Shown: in pieces, positions 25,951 through 37,164 of the stretch
Position numbering within the stretch: the stretch's first letter is position 1
How the letters are laid out: every line of letters starts with the position of its first letter
Assembly (NCBI RefSeq): GCF_030144855.1
Contig: NC_082722.1
Location: forward strand, 1,860,001 to 1,924,000
DNA: 64,000 bases
Direction: 5' to 3'
Source of the DNA: Hypanus sabinus
Lineage: Eukaryota
Position numbers and translations under genes: made by a program
Notes under the pieces: generated by a model
Seen by the model: the letters and a program-made list of their open reading frames with translations, nothing else
Told to the model about the DNA's origin: nothing
Database searches by the model: none

Positions 25951-27825
25951 TCGTTCTGTATCTCTCAAACAAAAATCAATCTCTTGGAGCGGAGAGATCT
26001 TCGCCAAGAAGATCTGTGATGGAATGCAGCTGATGACAACTTGAAGGGCTGCCCCAAGACAGCGGACTCAGGCGATCCGAAAAAGAAAAGGAAAATCCAG
26101 TAGGCCAGTGACAACAATCGATTGGTGACAAATACATTAGTCACCATTCTTATGGAGTGGCGCCTTTTTTATTCTCCCAATACAATTATTGCTGCCAACA
26201 TGAAATAATGCTGACGTTAACTTTGGCTCGATTTCTTACATCTACGTTTTGTTTTATTTCCATAGCTCACCATAATCAGTTTCCACTCCAGGCTGATTTA
26301 ACAAAATTATATCTCCCAGTGGCAAAGTCATGGTACACTTTACCTTCAAAATTGAATGTTCAAATGCTTATCGACCATGTTCTTTCAGTCTGTCAGAAAA
26401 CAAATTTTTGTTTCTTTTGCATGTTGACAGACTGCAGGAAACCATTTAACTGCTGCACTTGTGGGGTTATTAAAATAACCAAAGAATAGTATTGTTTTTT
26501 TCACATGAATCATAGATTTATACAACATAAACTGACACTTTTCAGCCCAAATCTGACATGCCGAACAAACTGCAATATCCCTGAACACACTTTTTTTTCT
26601 ACTCATGCGCCTGTCTAAACTTTTTTGGCATTACCATTTTATCGCGCGTCCGCAGCTTCCTCGGGCATGTTATTACATGTACTTACACCCTTACATATGT
26701 CCCATTTGATATATTGCATCTAGGTTTGTTCCAGGTAGACATGTTCGAATAAGAAGTCTAAGTGCAACACGGATTACAGCATTGTTGGATAGACAATTAT
26801 ATGTTTGATGAATTATGAGAGATTTAATCATTTTCAATGTCTGTCGATTGTACAGCACGATGTGTGCCGAACTGATTGTACCTAATCACCGCAGCCAGCA
26901 CAAGTTCCATGTCCTTTCCATATATCCTGATTTCCGCCTCCAAACTATTCGGATAAATATTATTATTCCATTCTTTCTAAATAGTAACTTATTTCTAAGG
27001 GAGTTACGGAAAAGTTGAAACAATATTTCAGTTGCTTTAAAAAGGCATTATTTATTTCTTATAAATTGATCTCTGTTTTTCTCACTAAACTTAGTGTAGG
27101 ATTTACACTCTGTCCAAGGAGATTTGTTGTCACAACTTCAGATTGTTGCGTTTTCTATTGCTGCTGAATGGTATTCTGAATTGAATGTTATTTCCTTAAC
27201 TTTTTGTCGATAGTAACACGCTCTGTTGTATTATGAATTGCTCACTGCATCAATTTGCATCATTGTGTCATTAATAAAAATCTTGCACGTCCTTCTGCAT
27301 TGTCAGATTTTGGTCGTTAAGTACTAGATAGCGTAGTCCACCTTGTGTGCAAAAACTCCTTCCCCTAAGTTTCTCCAAAAATAGTTAACCTGCTGTTTGT
27401 TATCCAGTTTTCTCGCTTTATTTTGACTCAATCTCGCCCATCTGAAATAACTGGAAGTGTTTGACTTCGTATATAACCTGAGTCTGTGGAACCAATACCA
27501 ATCCGATGTGTGGAACTGGTATCTGCAGTGAAGGTCCAAAATTCAAGAATCAAAATTGCTTTCATGTAATTTCCTGTACAGAAGTGTAAAGGAGAACGAA
27601 GTAATTATTACGCAGGATGCGATAAAACACAAATAAACACGTGATAACAACACAAATACAATAAAACACACGATAAATTTCATTGCATAAGTTAGACCTG
27701 CTAGGTTTGTCCGACCATCAAATTAATGTTTATGTGCAATTGAACCGATTGCAACTGTCAGCGATTATTTTCTCTGATGACTGAGCGCTTAGAGATTCCA
27801 GCTCTTTTTTTTTACTCATTTGCAG

Positions 27826-28104
27826 TCCCGCCGACGCCGTTGAAAATCACCGAAGAGAACGCTCCTTCCGTGGCTCTGACGTGCACAACTTCTGCTTTTT
27901 TTCCGGAGGACTATGAGCTCATATGGCATAAGAATGAATTCGCAATCACTTTTGGGGTAAACACCACAATAAGGAAGAACGAGGAGGGATTATATCTCGT
28001 TTCAAGCTCCCTCAGTACAATAGAGAGAGGGTCTCTTTATACTTGCCAGGTGTTTCATGAATCTATGAAGGCGCCAGCCTCCGAGTCATATAGAACCAGA
28101 TTGG
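27826..28104 (+). CDS. Ig C1-set domain exon
   Basis: Acceptor TTTTTTTACTCATTTGCAG| and donor TTGG|GTAAGA, both phase 1. C1 motifs LTCTTSAFFPEDYELIW, GLYLVSSSL and YTCQVFHESM. Joins V in frame (VIVH-V-PPTPL). Confidence 0.92.
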
Positions 28105-28270
28105 GTAAGAGATTTATATTCTGAACCGATCTTGAGATGCGTCTGTGTATTATGTCTAGTATTTTTGAATTCCTCTGAACCAAAGGGAAAGGTAGCATAT
28201 TCAAAGGGGAAACGGAAATGTAAGGCACTGGCTATAGAAAAGAATAGTGGGATATTATATTACATTGCAG

Positions 28271-28378
28271 CTGTTTTCTCCATCGATGCAATAGTGAGCA
28301 GATCCATTTATATTTTCCAGGTGTTTCATGAATCCATGAAGACACCAGCCATTGAATCATATAGAATGGATAATTTGG
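28271..28378 (+). CDS. Candidate cassette exon derived from a degenerate duplicate of the C1 3' half
   Basis: 108 nt, phase 1/1 (TACATTGCAG| ... TTGG|GTAGGG). Translates (A)VFSIDAIVSRSIYIFQVFHESMKTPAIESYRMDNL, homologous to C1 TIERGSLYTCQVFHESMKAPASESYRTRL with Cys->Phe. Use as an exon is unproven. Confidence 0.35.
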
Positions 28379-30860
28379 GTAGGGTTTATGGTCTGAACAG
28401 CATCCTGAGATGTATTTATATTTTGTACGATCGTAACACCATTCGATAAAGGATCAAATCAAACTATTCAGCCCAGCGAATTCAAGGCCGATTTATTATC
28501 CCTCTCAATCGCATTCTCCCCGTAACGCTGGACGTCCTGAACAACCAAGAATCTCCCAATACCCGCTTTAACTATACACAATGACTTGAGTTCCAACCAA
28601 TTCCACAGATTCATTAAAGTCTGGCTAAAGAAATTCCTACTTCTTCTAAGTGGGGTTCGGGGTCTCTCTATGTTCAGGCTGTGCTCATCACAGATTTATG
28701 TTTCGTACTCACAAATGGAGTAGATTGGACAGGGAACAATAAGGCAGAGGTTATTTGAAAGTAAGAAAGTTATATCCTATTAGATTTAATGCTGTTTTCT
28801 GCTTGCAAAGGTACACTTTACAACGGCTTGACGCAGCTCCGTTGTTTGTGCATGTTATGTCTGCCTTAATAATGATGAAATCTCCTTAGATTTGAATTGG
28901 GCTTAAATAATGGTACAATTTAATAAAAAAATCGAATAAACAAAATAAACAACTGCTCTATAGCCTTTGCACGCAGTCACTCATGCATGTTCTCTCCTTC
29001 ACTCAAGAGAACTCACATGTAGTAAGAACTCACGCAGCATTTGAAACATATAAATCATTCACACTTTAAATCATCCTAGACTATGACCTGCACGTCAGGG
29101 TTTAAATTACTAAAATATTATGTTACAATCAGGCAAAATTGAGGAGGCATGTTATATTAGTTCTTTAAAATAAAGTAATGTTGGAATTCATTCAGCATGC
29201 GCAAGTAAACATTCAAACAGTTTCGAGCATGACGTCGGCACATCAACTGAAATTCCAACATCTTCTGACCTTTCTGCAATTCCGAACTTTGATCCATGCC
29301 AGGACTCTGATTATATGAGCTATCTGTTGCTCAGTTCCCAGCACAACAACCTACATTACTACAGCAGAAACAACAAGTATGAGAAGTGTCCGGGGACGTT
29401 TTCACACTCATCAGTTTTTGTTCTGATTGGGTAAATGTGCACTTCTGCGCTATATTACTTCTCTTCTACATTCTCTCTGCTGCTTTTACCCTGACCTGCA
29501 GTTCTACTGCAGTGCCCCAAACATTTTCTTGAAGTGGAAATATTTTATCTGCTTCCGTATTCTTAAGGTTACAAGCTAATTCTTGCACTTCCCTCTCATG
29601 GTCCAACCATTTTCCATAGTACCCATGCCTCAGTATTTGTAGGGTCCCTGGGATCAAACGTTTCAAAACTCTTTTTTTTTTTGGTTTCGTCGGTGCTGTG
29701 TAACACCCCATCTATTTCAGAGTTCTAGTTCTAAATTACCTCGCTCTAATGGTTTTCGGTAAACGCCCCGGAATACCATCGATAGATGGGACTCAAAAGC
29801 ACCGGGATGTTTATCTCTCCTATGGTAACATTTATTTAGTGCCTCCGGTGGCAAGGGCTTCTTTTGCTGGTAAATCAGCGGGCAATCCTTATCAGAAGTC
29901 TCCTCATCATAACAATATCTGTTCGCTTTATCTGCTAAATGACTCCAACCTACATTACACATTCACCTTCCACTCCTCTTCCAGATCAAAGAGCATATGT
30001 TATTCCTCGCAGAGAAGCAAGTTGGCCCCGTACCTTTTCTGTCTGCTGCAGACACTTTTTGTTATGTGCAGTGTTATGTGTTTTCTCCCACTGAGTTCTG
30101 CATGACATTCATCGCGACCCTTCAATCATTGCACTGTTCCCCCGATCGCTCCACTTTACTCTGAGTTACATGGGCTTCCTCTCAATCTTCACTCTTTTCT
30201 TTCACACTGCATGTGAAACCTCTACATACTCATCAGCCACAATCTTCTGCCCTGCAATTTATGAAGATTTACTAACTCCTTGTGTATACTTTTTGGTTTT
30301 GTTTTCTAACCTGTCACTGTCCTTTAGCAGGGCTAATTAGCTCATGATCATCTGACTGATTGGTACCAGCTTTCCACTAGATCTTGGCCCAAGGCTACAA
30401 ACTGTATTACTTTAAGGCTCTTTCCCACAGACTAGTTTCTGAGATAATTTCTATGTTCTAAGACCAGGCCAGCCAAGCCAGGTCAGGCTACACAAGTATT
30501 CTGGTCAATATTGTATAATATATTTACATATACCGTTAAACCAATATATTTTTGTAATAAGATATGCAAAATCACTTTAATTAAATCAATATTTGAATTG
30601 ATTCGACTCATCGGTTCTGAGAAAGTATCACCTCTCTGTTTATCTCTCCTGCGTCCCCCGCCCATTTAGCCCTTCGCTTTTTCTGCTTTCCTGACTCCTC
30701 TGGATGCCTTCTCTATACGTTTACTAATTTCTGTACTCTTATTAACTCTACCACAAAAAAAATCTTTCTCCCCTATCCACCACACTATTTTTGCCTTGTC
30801 TTTGTTTTTCCCCACTTTTTCAGTTTCTAAAAAGTAATTATCAATTTATATGTTTCCTAG

Positions 30861-30964
30861 CAGCGCGATCATCTCAAGTCAGTAATCTGATTCGATTTCT
30901 GCTGGGGCTGTTCGTAATAATAATGGGGATCATGCTCATCGTCAATTATTTGCAATCATCCTAA
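30861..30964 (+). CDS. Stalk/transmembrane exon with TM arginine and very short tail
   Basis: Acceptor TATATGTTTCCTAG|CAG (NAGNAG), phase 1. Translates AARSSQVSNLIRFLLGLFVIIMGIMLIVNYLQSS* with TAA at 30962-30964, then donor AAAG|GTAAAC at 30973. Spliced CDS is 55+318+279+104 = 756 nt = 251 aa + stop. Confidence 0.75.
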
Positions 30965-31076
30965 ATCAAAAGGTAAACATTTCACAATAATAAATAGAAG
31001 TAATAAGCCATGAATGAACTATTGGTGTTAGTTATTTGTGACCTTAATTAGATCAATGTTTTTTTTTCTCTCCTAG

Positions 31077-31153
31077 ATAGTGGAATTGTCTTCATTAGTT
31101 GACATTTCAGATCCATCTGGGTGTTCATAACAAGATACTAACAGCATAATAAA
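31077..31153 (+). other. Probable terminal exon (3' UTR, or short cytoplasmic tail DSGIVFIS* in the alternative frame)
   Basis: Strong acceptor TTTTTTTTTCTCTCCTAG| at 31076, 104 nt after the donor at 30973. AATAAA at 31148-31153. Confidence 0.5.
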
Positions 31154-32040
31154 GATCTGAAATGGTCTTTAATGATCTTTCAGACTGTCATTCTATGTTC
31201 TTTTCTGAAATAACACGCCAATTCAGATGTCGTGAATGTAGATCTCTCGGGAACAGTTTTCCACATAGCATCTTCTACAGCATGGCTAGTCTAGCAACTC
31301 TACAATAGTTTGAGTGTATTATTGTAGAGTGTATTCCCTCCTGTAATGGGTTGGCTTCTCAGATCACCAATAATTTATCTCTCCTGTATCAATACAGTTA
31401 TCGCTGTAAATAAAGCGAGTTCCTAAATATTTTATATGTACAGATATTTTTGTATATTAAATCTGGGAGGCGGAGCGAAGGTAAGCTGGCGTTAAACGAC
31501 GACTCCTTTGCTTGCATCTTCGGAAACAGCTATATTTCCATCTTTAACTGATGCAACCTGCCCATATTCTATACCTTCACAGTATGGTCCTGGTCAATTT
31601 TGACCCGGCCCAAGAATCCCCTCATAACAAGTGTCTATATCATACTTTGAACCACAGATCTACTTAGAATGTTTAAATAGCCTATCTGACATTAATAAAT
31701 TGGTGATTAATCCTTAATTAATGTTTCAAAGATATAGAATCCATTTCAATAGATACAGGTCAAATTTGGCCCGGACGGTATGTAAGGGTTAGTATCTTCA
31801 TTTTTCCCTTTCAAGGTTGTTTTGAAGACACTGATCTGGAGTTACACACAGACGTCGGGTCCCGGGAACCGTTCTCACGGTTTCAGGACTGGCCGTTGCT
31901 CGGCACACCAAGGGATCGGCCCAAGAGACTTTCTCGGATTCCAAAGCCTAGGATCTCGGGCTCTGGAAATAGGCGTATCGAGGGTCGTGTCACTGCAGGA
32001 GACCTGTGTGTCGTCGGAGAAGTCGGATATCTACTGCTGT

Positions 32041-32172
32041 AAACACAAAGTATACTGCAGATGCTGTGGTCAAATCAACACGTACGTGAGATGAGCAGTC
32101 AACGTTTCGGGCCGAGACCCTTCGTCAGGACGAAGGTGCTGCCTGACCTGCGGTGTTCATCCAGCTTTCGTA
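32041..32172 (-). mobile_element. 132-bp mini-Penelope insert with perfect 17-bp TSD
   Basis: CGGATATCTACTGCTGT at 32024-32040 and 32173-32189. Interior is a minus-strand pLTR end with hammerhead core plus a short plus-strand pLTR piece. Confidence 0.8.
32096..32131 (-). ncRNA. Minimal type-I hammerhead ribozyme motif
   Basis: Reverse complement reads GTC-CTGACGA-A-GGGT CTCG GCCC-GAAAC-GTT-GAC. Core intact, palindromic minimal stem III, 3-bp stem I. Confidence 0.55.
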
Positions 32173-33197
32173 CGGATATCTACTGCTGTGTGCCCGAAGA
32201 CCCGAGATCTTTGCGATCTTCAGGCACAGAGGTCGAGAAAAGCGACGTAACGGACTTTTAACATCCTAAGCCAGCGGGTTGTTTGTTGTGTCTCCCCGCT
32301 CACAGGGAAAATGGAGATACCTCCTTCTCCCTTATTAGGGAGAGACAGAACCTGTGGGATGTCGAATGCCGGGTGAAACGCGAAGTCTTTGGAGTAACCG
32401 CAAGTCTGTGTCTTCGCTATTGCTTTGTTCACACTTGAGTGCTCGGTGAAGGTATTGATGCTCGTGTTTTTGCCGGTGGGGGGAATTGCTGGTGTACGGG
32501 GATTGTTGTACGATGCTGCTTACATGCGGGAGGGCGGGGAGCTGTGGGGTCTTTGAGGTTCTTACCTTTAACTGTCGTTCATTCTTTGGGGCATTTCTCT
32601 ACTTTTGTGGATGTTTGCGAAGAAAAAAAAAACCATTTCAGGATGTATATTGTATGGATTTCTCTGATATTAAATTGGATCTTTCAACCTCTGAGTTATT
32701 TTGTAATTCTGACTATTAACCGGACTTGAGAAGCAGCCGAGTCCAGAAGTTAATCTGTTTCAGGAAGCACTTCCTTGTCCTTTGATTAATTAAAAGTCAC
32801 CGCAGTTCCTGATTTGCGACCTGCTGCTTAAACGTAACCAGAAATATCTTGAAAGCTATCTCAAAAACATCCTATTCTTTGATGCCTGGAATTGTCACAG
32901 GCTTCAGCGGCGCTGTAATAGCAACGATATTTCCATTACAACGTGATTGTAAAGGCTAAGGCGCTCACTTTTATGTATAACAGACAAACATTTAAGTTAT
33001 AATTTACGTCCGGGAGGAGAAGATATTCCATCATTGCAAGGCAACACATAAGAATGTACTGTATTATTCTTCGAAATCCATAACCAATCAGTTTTGATTG
33101 AAAAGATCACGTGTATATTAACATGTTCTGTTCTTTAATTTACTTTTTTACATAATACGTCATAAATTATTACTTGTGCAATGAACAGCGTTTTGGA

Positions 33198-34490
33198 AAG
33201 ACAGACAGACAGACGTTATTGATCCCGGGGGAAATTGGGTTTCGTTACAGCCGCACCAACCAAAAATAATATAGAAATATAGCAATATTAAACCATAAAT
33301 AATTAAGTAATAATAAATTGATCATGCCAAGTAGAAATAGGTCTAGGAACAGCCTATTGGCTCAGTGTGTCTGAAACTCCGAGGGAGGAGTTGTAAAGTT
33401 TGATGGCCACAAGCAGGAATGACTTCCTATGACGCTCAGTGTTACATCTCGGTGGAATGAGTCTCTGGTTGAATGTACTCCTGTGCCTAACCAGTACATT
33501 ATGGAGTGGATGGGAGTCATTGTCCAAGACGGCATGCAACTTGGACAGCATCCTCTTTTCAGACACCACCGTCAGACAGTCCAGTTCCACCCCCACAACA
33601 TCACTGGTCTTACGAATTAATTTGCTGATTCTGTTGGTGTCTGATACCCTCAGCCCGCTTCCCCAGCACACAACAGCAAACATGATAGCACTGGCCACCA
33701 CAGACTCGTAGAACATCCTCAGCTTCATCCAGCAGATGTTAAAGGACCTCAGTCTCCTCAGGAAATAGAGACGGCTCTGACCCTTCTTGTAGACAGCCTC
33801 AGTGTTCTTTGACCAGTCCAGTTTATTGTCAATTCGTATCCCCAGGTATTTGTAATCCTCCACCATGTCCACACTGACCCCTTGGATGGAAACAGGGGTC
33901 ACCGGAGCCTTAGCCCTCCTCAGGTCCACCACCAGTTCCTTAGTCTTTTTTCACATTAAGCTGCAGATGATTCTGCTCGCACCATGTGACAAAGTTTCCC
34001 ACCGTAGCCCTGTACTCAGCCTCATCTCCCTTGTTGATGCATCCAACTATGGCAGAGTCATCAGAAAACTTCTGAAGATGGCAAGGCTCTGTGTTGTAGT
34101 TGAAGTCCGAGGTGTGGATGGTGAAGAGAAAGGGAGACAGGACAATCCCCTGTGGAGCCCCAGTGCTGCTGACCACTCTGTCTGACACACAGTGTTGCAA
34201 GCGCATGTACTGTGGTCTGCCAGTCAGGTAATCAATAATCCATGACACCAGGGAAGCGTCCACCTGCATCACTGTCAGCTTCTCACTCAGCAAAACAGGG
34301 CGGATGGTGGCCAATGCACTGGAGAAGTCAAAAAGCATGACCCTCACCGTGCTCGCCAGCTTGTCCAGGTGGGCGTAGACACGGTTCAGCAGGTAGACGA
34401 TGGCATCCTCAACTCCTAGTCGGGGCTGATAGGCGAACTGGAGGGGGTCTAAGTGTGGCCTAACCATAGGCCGGAGCTGCTAAAGAACAA
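33198..34490 (-). mobile_element. Rex1/Babar-like LINE, 5'-truncated, well preserved
   Basis: ORFs 33940..34467 (LDPLQFAY, VMLFDFSSA, GAPQGIVLSPFLF, KFSDDS) and 33354..33932 (YKYLGIRID, QSRLYFLRRLRSF) are separated by one frameshift. GACA-repeat tail at about 33198. Confidence 0.9.
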
Positions 34491-34669
34491 GTCTCTCTAG
34501 TGTCTTCGGTACGGGAATGAGGCAGGACGTCTTCCACGAAAATGAGGTTCTAAGGTGTCACCCATACTCTCTTTTGATTACCCCTCATGATCAGGTTTCA
34601 AATTGCATTACAAAGATTTCATGATATTCTCAGCACAAAATATCGTAGTTTAATCTCTGAGCATATACG

Positions 34670-37160
34670 AAATATAACCATATAACAATCACAGCACGGA
34701 AACAGGCCATCTTGGCCCTCCTAGTCCGTGCCGAACCCTTAATCTCACCTAGTCCCACCTACCCGCACTCAGCCCATAACCCTCTACTCCTTCCCTGTCC
34801 ATATACCTAACCAATTTTACCTTAAATGGCACAACTGAACTGGCCTCTACTACTTCTACAGGAAGCTCATTCCACACAGATGACTGACTACTAAATAGTG
34901 ATTTGTATCGATCGCTTATTCCTATCTGAAGATTTCGTTCTACTTTCTCCCAATTAATTGTTTATTCCTTCTTGTAGAGTTTGTTCTGTTCACCCGGTTT
35001 GCATCACTTCCTATGTTGCAAAGCACCTTCAGTTCAGAAAGGTTTCATTGGCAGTTAAGCGTATTTAAATCACCAACCTGTTGAAACTTAGATAATTAGA
35101 AACGCTAAACTCTCATAACCATGAATGCAGATTTATAAGAATTTCGTGCAATGTAATTTTTTTAAATGCACTGAAATAAACGATATCATTATCCGTCACG
35201 TCCACATTCCTGTGATTATGGTCCCAAAGCTCCCACACGCTCATCATATTTTAATCGTTTCATTCCCGGAATCGTTCTCGTCAATCCCCAATGCATCCTT
35301 TCTGAGATAAGGGGCCTAAAAATGTTGGCAATACTTCAAGTGCGACCCGATTATACAGCTTCAGTATTATTTCCTTGTATTTAGATTCTATTCCCCTTGA
35401 AACAAATTGTAACATTGCATTTGTTTTTTTTTTAAAAGATAGGCTCAACCTGTGAATTAACCTTCCAAGAGTCTTGCACGAGGACTCCTAAGTCCCTTTG
35501 CACCTTTGTTGTTTGAATATTCTCCCCATTTAGGTAATAAACTCCATCATTGTTCCTTTTACCAAAACATATTACCATGCATTTCACTGCACTGTATTCC
35601 ATCTTCAACTTTTTTGCCCATTCTTCCAATTTATCTAAGTTCTGCTGCAATCGCATTACTTCCTCGTTATTCCCCACTCCTGCACCTATCTTCGCAACAT
35701 TCGCAAACTTTGCCACAAAGTCATCAATCTCAAAACCCTTGGCAAACAACGTGAAAAGTTACGATCCCAATACTGATCCCTGAGGAACACCACTGGTCAA
35801 TGGTAGCCAACCAGAAAACGCCCCCTTTATTCCCAGTCACTGCCTCTGCTTCTCAGTCATTCCTCTGTCCAAACTAGTATACTTCCTGTGCCACAACAGG
35901 ATTTCATCTTGTGAAGCAGCCTCTTGAGGTGTTCCACTTGAGACAGTGCTGGGGCCCCTTTTCTTTGGCTGTTTACCGATGCTGTATATCCATGGTTTTC
36001 TTGACAGGTTTGCAGATGGCAACATTGCATTTGCCTTCTTTACTGTAGACACAACCTGTGAATTAATCTTCCGGGAGTGTTCTGGGAGTTAGTTAGAGAG
36101 GCAGGTGGCGTTGTAAAAAACAGGTAGATTGAGGAAGGACTTAGAAATCTTCGGAAAATGGGAAAAAATATCAAATGAAATACAATGTTAGAAAATGTAT
36201 GGTCATGTACTTTGGTAGTAGAAATAAATATATAGATCAATTTATAAAAGGCGAAAATATCCAAAAATCTGAGATGCAAAGGGATTTGGGAGATTTTGTG
36301 CAGAAAAAAAAAACCGTAACGGTTAACTTGCTGGTTGGGTCGGTGGTGACGAAAGCAGATGCAATGTTAGCATACATTTCAATAGGTCTGGAATACAAGA
36401 GCTGGGATATGACGCTGAGGTTACAAGGCATTGGTGTGTCCTCGAATTGAGTAGTGTGAACAGTTTTGGAATCATCATCATAAAGATGTGCTGGCCTTTG
36501 GGAGTGTTCCAAGGAGGTTCACAAGGCTGATTCCGGGATTGAAAGGTTTATCATATGAAGAACAGTTGATGACTGTGGGTCTGTACTCGCTGGAATTTAG
36601 AAGGATGATAGGGTGTCTCATTGAAACCTTTCGAATATTGAAAGGTCTAGACGCAGTAGATCTGGAAAGGATATTTCGTGCGGTGGGGGAGTCAAGTTTA
36701 AAGGGAAACAGGCTCATGATAGATGGTGTCGTTTTAAAACAGAGATGCAGAGGATGTTTTTAACCAGAGGGTGGTGCATTGTGGAATTTATTACTACCAG
36801 CAGCAGGTTGTGGCCAAGTTGTTGGCTGTATTGAAGGTCGAGCTTCATAGACTGGTGATTGGACATTACAAGTTACGGAGAGGCGGCCTGGCAATGGGGT
36901 TGAGAAAGGGGAAAATGAATCCAGCAAATTGATTGGCGGAGCAGGCTCGATGGGGCAAATGGCATAATTATGCTCCTTTGTCTCATGGTCTTACGGTGTT
37001 ATGTGAGGCACCTTATCAAATGCCTTCTGAAACTCTGAGTAAATGACATGCACTGCTTCTCCTTTGTCCACCCTGCTTGTTGCTTTGTCGACGATTTCCA
37101 ATAGATTTATTAGGCAGGATTTCCCTTAACAGAACAATACTGACTTTACATATTTTGTCA
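34670..37160. mobile_element. Cluster of CR1 fragments in both orientations
   Basis: Minus 3' end at 34670-34880. Minus RT at 35180-35830 (FVAKFANVAKIG). Plus RT C-terminus at 36070-36950 (PRRFTRLIPGLKGLSYEE). Confidence 0.75.
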
Positions 37161-37164
37161 ATGA

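Noticed and set aside
27324-27539. Minus-strand ORF or exon in intron 2
   Set aside because: No recognisable motif in any frame and no consistent splice sites.
16091-28104. Rearranging TCR/Ig locus or conventional germline-joined IgL
   Set aside because: No RSS or D/J cluster. The J motif lacks the F/W of FGXG/WGXG, there is no interchain Cys after C1, and a TM exon follows. Formal exclusion needs phylogeny.
29196-29430. Ser/Thr-rich open frame as an extra stalk exon
   Set aside because: The phase-1 acceptor is weak and both available donors are phase 2, which would frameshift the TM exon.
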